Source: Planctomycetota bacterium (GTDB taxonomy: Bacteria; Planctomycetota; Planctomycetia; Planctomycetales; Planctomycetaceae). From it: a stretch of 64,000 nt of DNA. The number at the start of each line of letters is the position of its first letter. The stretch's first letter is position 1. A model generated the notes under the pieces. The model saw nothing but the letters and a program-made list of their open reading frames with translations, made no database searches and was not told the origin of the DNA. Where the stretch lies: the NCBI GenBank assembly GCA_046074585.1, contig JBJTOM010000512.1:1478-65477 (forward strand), in the 5' to 3' direction. The position numbers and the translations under genes are program-made. Below, piece after piece: positions 60,681 to 64,000 of the stretch.

Positions 60681-63600
60681 TTAGGGTGCAGTCGGAGCAT
60701 GCGATACGTGGTGAGGGGCATTTGACGGCTCGCCCCCGGCCCCTCGTCTCCGGGAGGGGAGAGGGGGGTGAAGTTGGCGGGCATGGTGAAATTGCGCCAG
60801 CAGTTTCGCTCCGCCGACCGGGGCGTCACTGGCCCAAAGATTGTCCTCAGCTTGTCTGTCGACGAGGGAGGATTCGGAACGGGGTTTTCCGGGGCTTTGA
60901 AAGAGGCCTGCGAGTTCGATGCCGATGTGATAGCCCAGTTGTCTGTAGGATTCGACCTGGGCTGGGCTGAAGACGAGATCGGTTGTGGGTTCCTGGGGGA
61001 ACTCAGGAGAAGATCGCTGGTATTCAAGAACGTCAACGGGTTCGTCGCCGGTGATTGAGGGTTTGACCAGAATGAGCAGTCCTGCGGGAGTTTCCTTGTT
61101 GGGTTCGGTGTTGGGGTAGAGGATTCTCGCGAACTTAAAGTGCTGTGTGGTGCGCGGGAGTGAGGGGCTGGTTTGCAGTGGAGTTGTCAGCGAGAGGTCT
61201 TCCAGTGACCACTCAGCCGTCTGCTCAGTCTGAGCTGCGGTTGTGGGGGCCGGGTCAAATTCGACCAGTCGGATTCCTTCGAGGTTTCGGGCGAGTCGGA
61301 CGGCGTTGGCGATATCGGCGAAGCTGTGGCTGGGATCGTGTCCGGCGTCGCAGGCGATGATCAGTCGGCAGCGTCGTTTGAGGAGTTCGACAATGCCGGT
61401 GTTTTCAGCATGTCCGCCATCGCTGAGGAAGACATAGGGACGTTTGTCGCGGGATTTGAGCAGCATGGAGAGCATGTAGAGGAAGCTGGGGCGAAAGCGG
61501 GGTGTACCGAGAGCCGGGTTGGGGAGCCATTGACCGAGTCGGAGATTGAGGATGAACATCAGGAAGGCGACGAGTGGATTCTCGTTTCTTGCGGGGCTGA
61601 CGGCCGCTCCTGAAATCGCCACGACTTCGTCGACATTCAGCTGAATTCCGGCTGCTGCGGCGGCTTTGACGTAATCACTTGTCGGCATGAAGCCGGTGAC
61701 AGTCGAGCCGACGAAGTCCTGGGAGAAGACGAACGTATCCTGGCGACGCGGATCATCGGATTCGCGGTCGCCCAGGGCGCCAAACGAGAGCGGGTCCGCA
61801 AGAGTGTGTTCCTGCCAGCCGAATCGGGAGACGCAGGCATTGATCAGGTGATAAGGAGCACCTGCGGCTGTGGTGTGGAGTTCAGACAGGAGCGGTGAGG
61901 AGCCGCAGGACTTCCGCACGACGAAGGTTTCTCCGAGGCGATCGCGATAGTAGCGGTGCATGGAAGTGAGATTGATATTGAGCACCCAGCCGGAGATGAG
62001 TCCGATGATGAGGAACACGGCGAAGATTTTCAGTCGGGTGGCCTGGTCCGCTTCGATGACGATTCGTCGCTGGACCCGGGTCGCGGGTGTGACTGCTTCG
62101 GGGAAACAGGCGCGGAGCAGCTGCCAGTTGGCAAGGCCGAGACTGAGTTTGGGGGCATTGGTGTGGCGGAGTTGCCGGGCTGTATTGCGGGCAGTGGCGA
62201 GGGTGTCTGCCCATGCTTCATTCTGACGATCTTCTTTTTTTTCCCCTTCAAGCTGGGCGTCGGCCTCGCTGATCAGCCAGTCGGTGAAGGCGGGTTCTGT
62301 CAGGATTTGCTGAGTGAAGTGGGCTGCAAATTCGATTCGGCCGGCCTTGTAGAGCTGGTCGGTCAGATAGAAACGCTGGGCGTCGTTTTCATTGCCGAAC
62401 ATCAGGAACGTGAGAGCCGATGTCACCTGATCAAGGTAGTCATCAATCCGAATGGTCAGCCCATCCCAGTGGCGTTCGGAAAACGGCGTAGCCGAGTCTA
62501 TCTGGGCTTTGAATGACGAACGCTGGAGATTCAGCCAATGGTTGCTGTGTTGTTCCTGAAGTCGCTGCAGGACGAAACTGAGCACCTGCAGTTTGTGGAT
62601 GGCCTGGGTGAATGGCTGCGTCTGTGATTGGTTCTTCACAGGCTCAATCAGCGAATTCCGGACCTCCCTGGGGACAGGGACCCCCTCAAACAGCTGAGCA
62701 GTGTCTTTGAAAAGCGTGGCGAACAGGGATGCAGGTGCGATGGGCAGCAGCGCTGATCTCTGGGAGGGATTTGCCTTCTTCCAGTTCTCAAGGAGTTCGT
62801 CCACATACGTGTTGATTTCTTGTTTGGTCTGTGGCGAGAGAGCCTTTTGTTGAACCTGGTTGCTTTCAGACTTTTCGTCGCCAGATTTTGTGGGAGCATT
62901 TTCCGCTGCAACCGTCAGGTGTGCAGGGGCACCAAAGTCAGAACGTCCCGAAATCTGCAGAAACTCGGGGAACTTAAAATCCGCTTCGTGCATCCCGCGC
63001 TGCTGAAAATCAAAGTAGTGCGAAATGTTCTCGCGGCCCAGAAAGCCGACGAGAATCATTGGGATGACCACCAGCATGACAGAGGTAACGATCCGGAAAA
63101 CCCATCGTTCAGCGGGGCTTTGGGGAGCGATTGCGCTTTGGATGAGTCGACCGGGGCGAATGAACGGGATCAGCAGCAGCACGGCGACAGAGATCAATAC
63201 AAAGGGCAGCCAGACCGTGGATGGAATCATTTCCGCGGTGCTGCCCTCACCACGCCATGGCAACAGCAGATCCCCGTTGCCGAACAGCATGGCGAGCGCG
63301 ATGAGGATGGAGCCGACGGTGAGTCTGAGTAGTGGTCGGGCAAACGCGCCGGGTGCCTGGCCCTGACGGCGGTAATACGAGAGGAGCCAGGCAATGACCC
63401 AGAGCGTGCCAAGGAGTGCAGCCGGAATAAAGGGCACAACAAAGTCGGTGGAAAGGTCAAACAGCTTCAGATGTTCGCGGACAACCGGAAAATCAAAACA
63501 CCGCCACAGCAGGGCAACGAGGGCGGCCATGGAAATCATCAGCGAAATCACGGCGAGGTTGTTGAAGAGCAGCCCGATGAGGTATTTGTTGAAGGCTGTG

Positions 63601-63959
63601 AGTCCGTCGACGATGTAGTCACCTCCGTAAATCAGCTGTCGCACGGACCGTCCCGCGGGGCCATTCGCTTCGCGAGGCGGAAACGGAAAGGAGGCTGCGG
63701 TGGGTTTTTCAGAGGTTTGCGAGGGGGACTCTTCGTGGTTGCGGGCATGCCAGCTGGAAATGTGGGCGCCCAGATAGCCGCCACCAGAGACTGTGGAGAG
63801 GTAGTCGATGGAGCGAAACAGCCCGGTATGCTGCAATGCAGAGACCACTCCCATCCCGAAACAGGCCGAGCGAATTCCCCCGCCGGACAATGCCAGCCCG
63901 GTCAGGTCCTGCTGCAGTTCCTGTGTCTGCCCCGGCTTGCTGTCATCAGGCCGGAGCAT
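60681..63959 (-). CDS. Patatin/cPLA2-like phospholipase with a large multi-TM insertion between the catalytic Ser and Asp motifs
   Basis: LSGGGIRS (oxyanion box), TVSGGG (nucleophile elbow, Ser58) and LSDGGHAENTG (Asp about residue 847, codon 61419-61421). At least six hydrophobic helices lie between them. Confidence 0.75.
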   Translation of the reverse strand: MLRPDDSKPGQTQELQQDLTGLALSGGGIRSACFGMGVVSALQHTGLFRSIDYLSTVSGGGYLGAHISSWHARNHEESPSQTSEKPTAASFPFPPREANGPAGRSVRQLIYGGDYIVDGLTAFNKYLIGLLFNNLAVISLMISMAALVALLWRCFDFPVVREHLKLFDLSTDFVVPFIPAALLGTLWVIAWLLSYYRRQGQAPGAFARPLLRLTVGSILIALAMLFGNGDLLLPWRGEGSTAEMIPSTVWLPFVLISVAVLLLIPFIRPGRLIQSAIAPQSPAERWVFRIVTSVMLVVIPMILVGFLGRENISHYFDFQQRGMHEADFKFPEFLQISGRSDFGAPAHLTVAAENAPTKSGDEKSESNQVQQKALSPQTKQEINTYVDELLENWKKANPSQRSALLPIAPASLFATLFKDTAQLFEGVPVPREVRNSLIEPVKNQSQTQPFTQAIHKLQVLSFVLQRLQEQHSNHWLNLQRSSFKAQIDSATPFSERHWDGLTIRIDDYLDQVTSALTFLMFGNENDAQRFYLTDQLYKAGRIEFAAHFTQQILTEPAFTDWLISEADAQLEGEKKEDRQNEAWADTLATARNTARQLRHTNAPKLSLGLANWQLLRACFPEAVTPATRVQRRIVIEADQATRLKIFAVFLIIGLISGWVLNINLTSMHRYYRDRLGETFVVRKSCGSSPLLSELHTTAAGAPYHLINACVSRFGWQEHTLADPLSFGALGDRESDDPRRQDTFVFSQDFVGSTVTGFMPTSDYVKAAAAAGIQLNVDEVVAISGAAVSPARNENPLVAFLMFILNLRLGQWLPNPALGTPRFRPSFLYMLSMLLKSRDKRPYVFLSDGGHAENTGIVELLKRRCRLIIACDAGHDPSHSFADIANAVRLARNLEGIRLVEFDPAPTTAAQTEQTAEWSLEDLSLTTPLQTSPSLPRTTQHFKFARILYPNTEPNKETPAGLLILVKPSITGDEPVDVLEYQRSSPEFPQEPTTDLVFSPAQVESYRQLGYHIGIELAGLFQSPGKPRSESSLVDRQAEDNLWASDAPVGGAKLLAQFHHARQLHPPLPSRRRGAGGEPSNAPHHVSHAPTAP
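60716..60775 (+). repeat. Second copy of repeat module A, embedded in the 3' end of the patatin-like ORF
   Basis: gggcatttgacggctcgcccccggcccctcgtctccgggaggggagaggggggtgaag is collinear with 60503-60557 with scattered substitutions and indels. Confidence 0.55.
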
Positions 63960-64000
63960 GCCCTTGCAGGTGGCGTGTCGGCGACGATTGGCAACGCGCT

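Overview
The window looks like a chromosomal segment from a Planctomycetota-type genome. The evidence is gene content: DUF1501, DUF1570 and DUF1573 proteins, sulfatase plus FGE, heme-fused PQQ dehydrogenase, many Sec/TAT-signal exported proteins, and GC-rich coding with many spurious antisense ORFs. I call about 50 protein-coding genes, most of them core metabolism or housekeeping: thiO, dtd, ppk1, ppx, greA, csrA, argC, ispD, ribBA, ligA, proA. I found no rRNA, tRNA, CRISPR array, transposase or integrase. No multi-gene accessory island is evident. The loci most worth a second look are: (1) a 1092-aa patatin/cPLA2-like lipase whose catalytic Ser and Asp motifs are about 790 aa apart, separated by a multi-TM insertion (60681-63959); (2) a secreted Cys-rich protein with DPGCCAP heptad repeats plus HEAT-like repeats and the hexapeptide AGLFGL at both ends (36811-37824), divergent from an orphan sigma54 activator; (3) csrA overlapping by 1 nt with an XRE-HTH/S24 autocleaving repressor and a small unknown ORF (43236-44422); (4) an orphan GspE/PilB homologue with degenerate ATPase motifs (3043-4440); (5) a decayed RHH-GNAT toxin-antitoxin module in an AT-rich pocket (7021-7926). 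Smaller observations are a short intergenic repeat family, an over-represented CAGGGCAGGGG motif, and a small Sm-like ORF. All calls rest on motif reading of the supplied translations and manual inspection of the DNA; no database searches were run.
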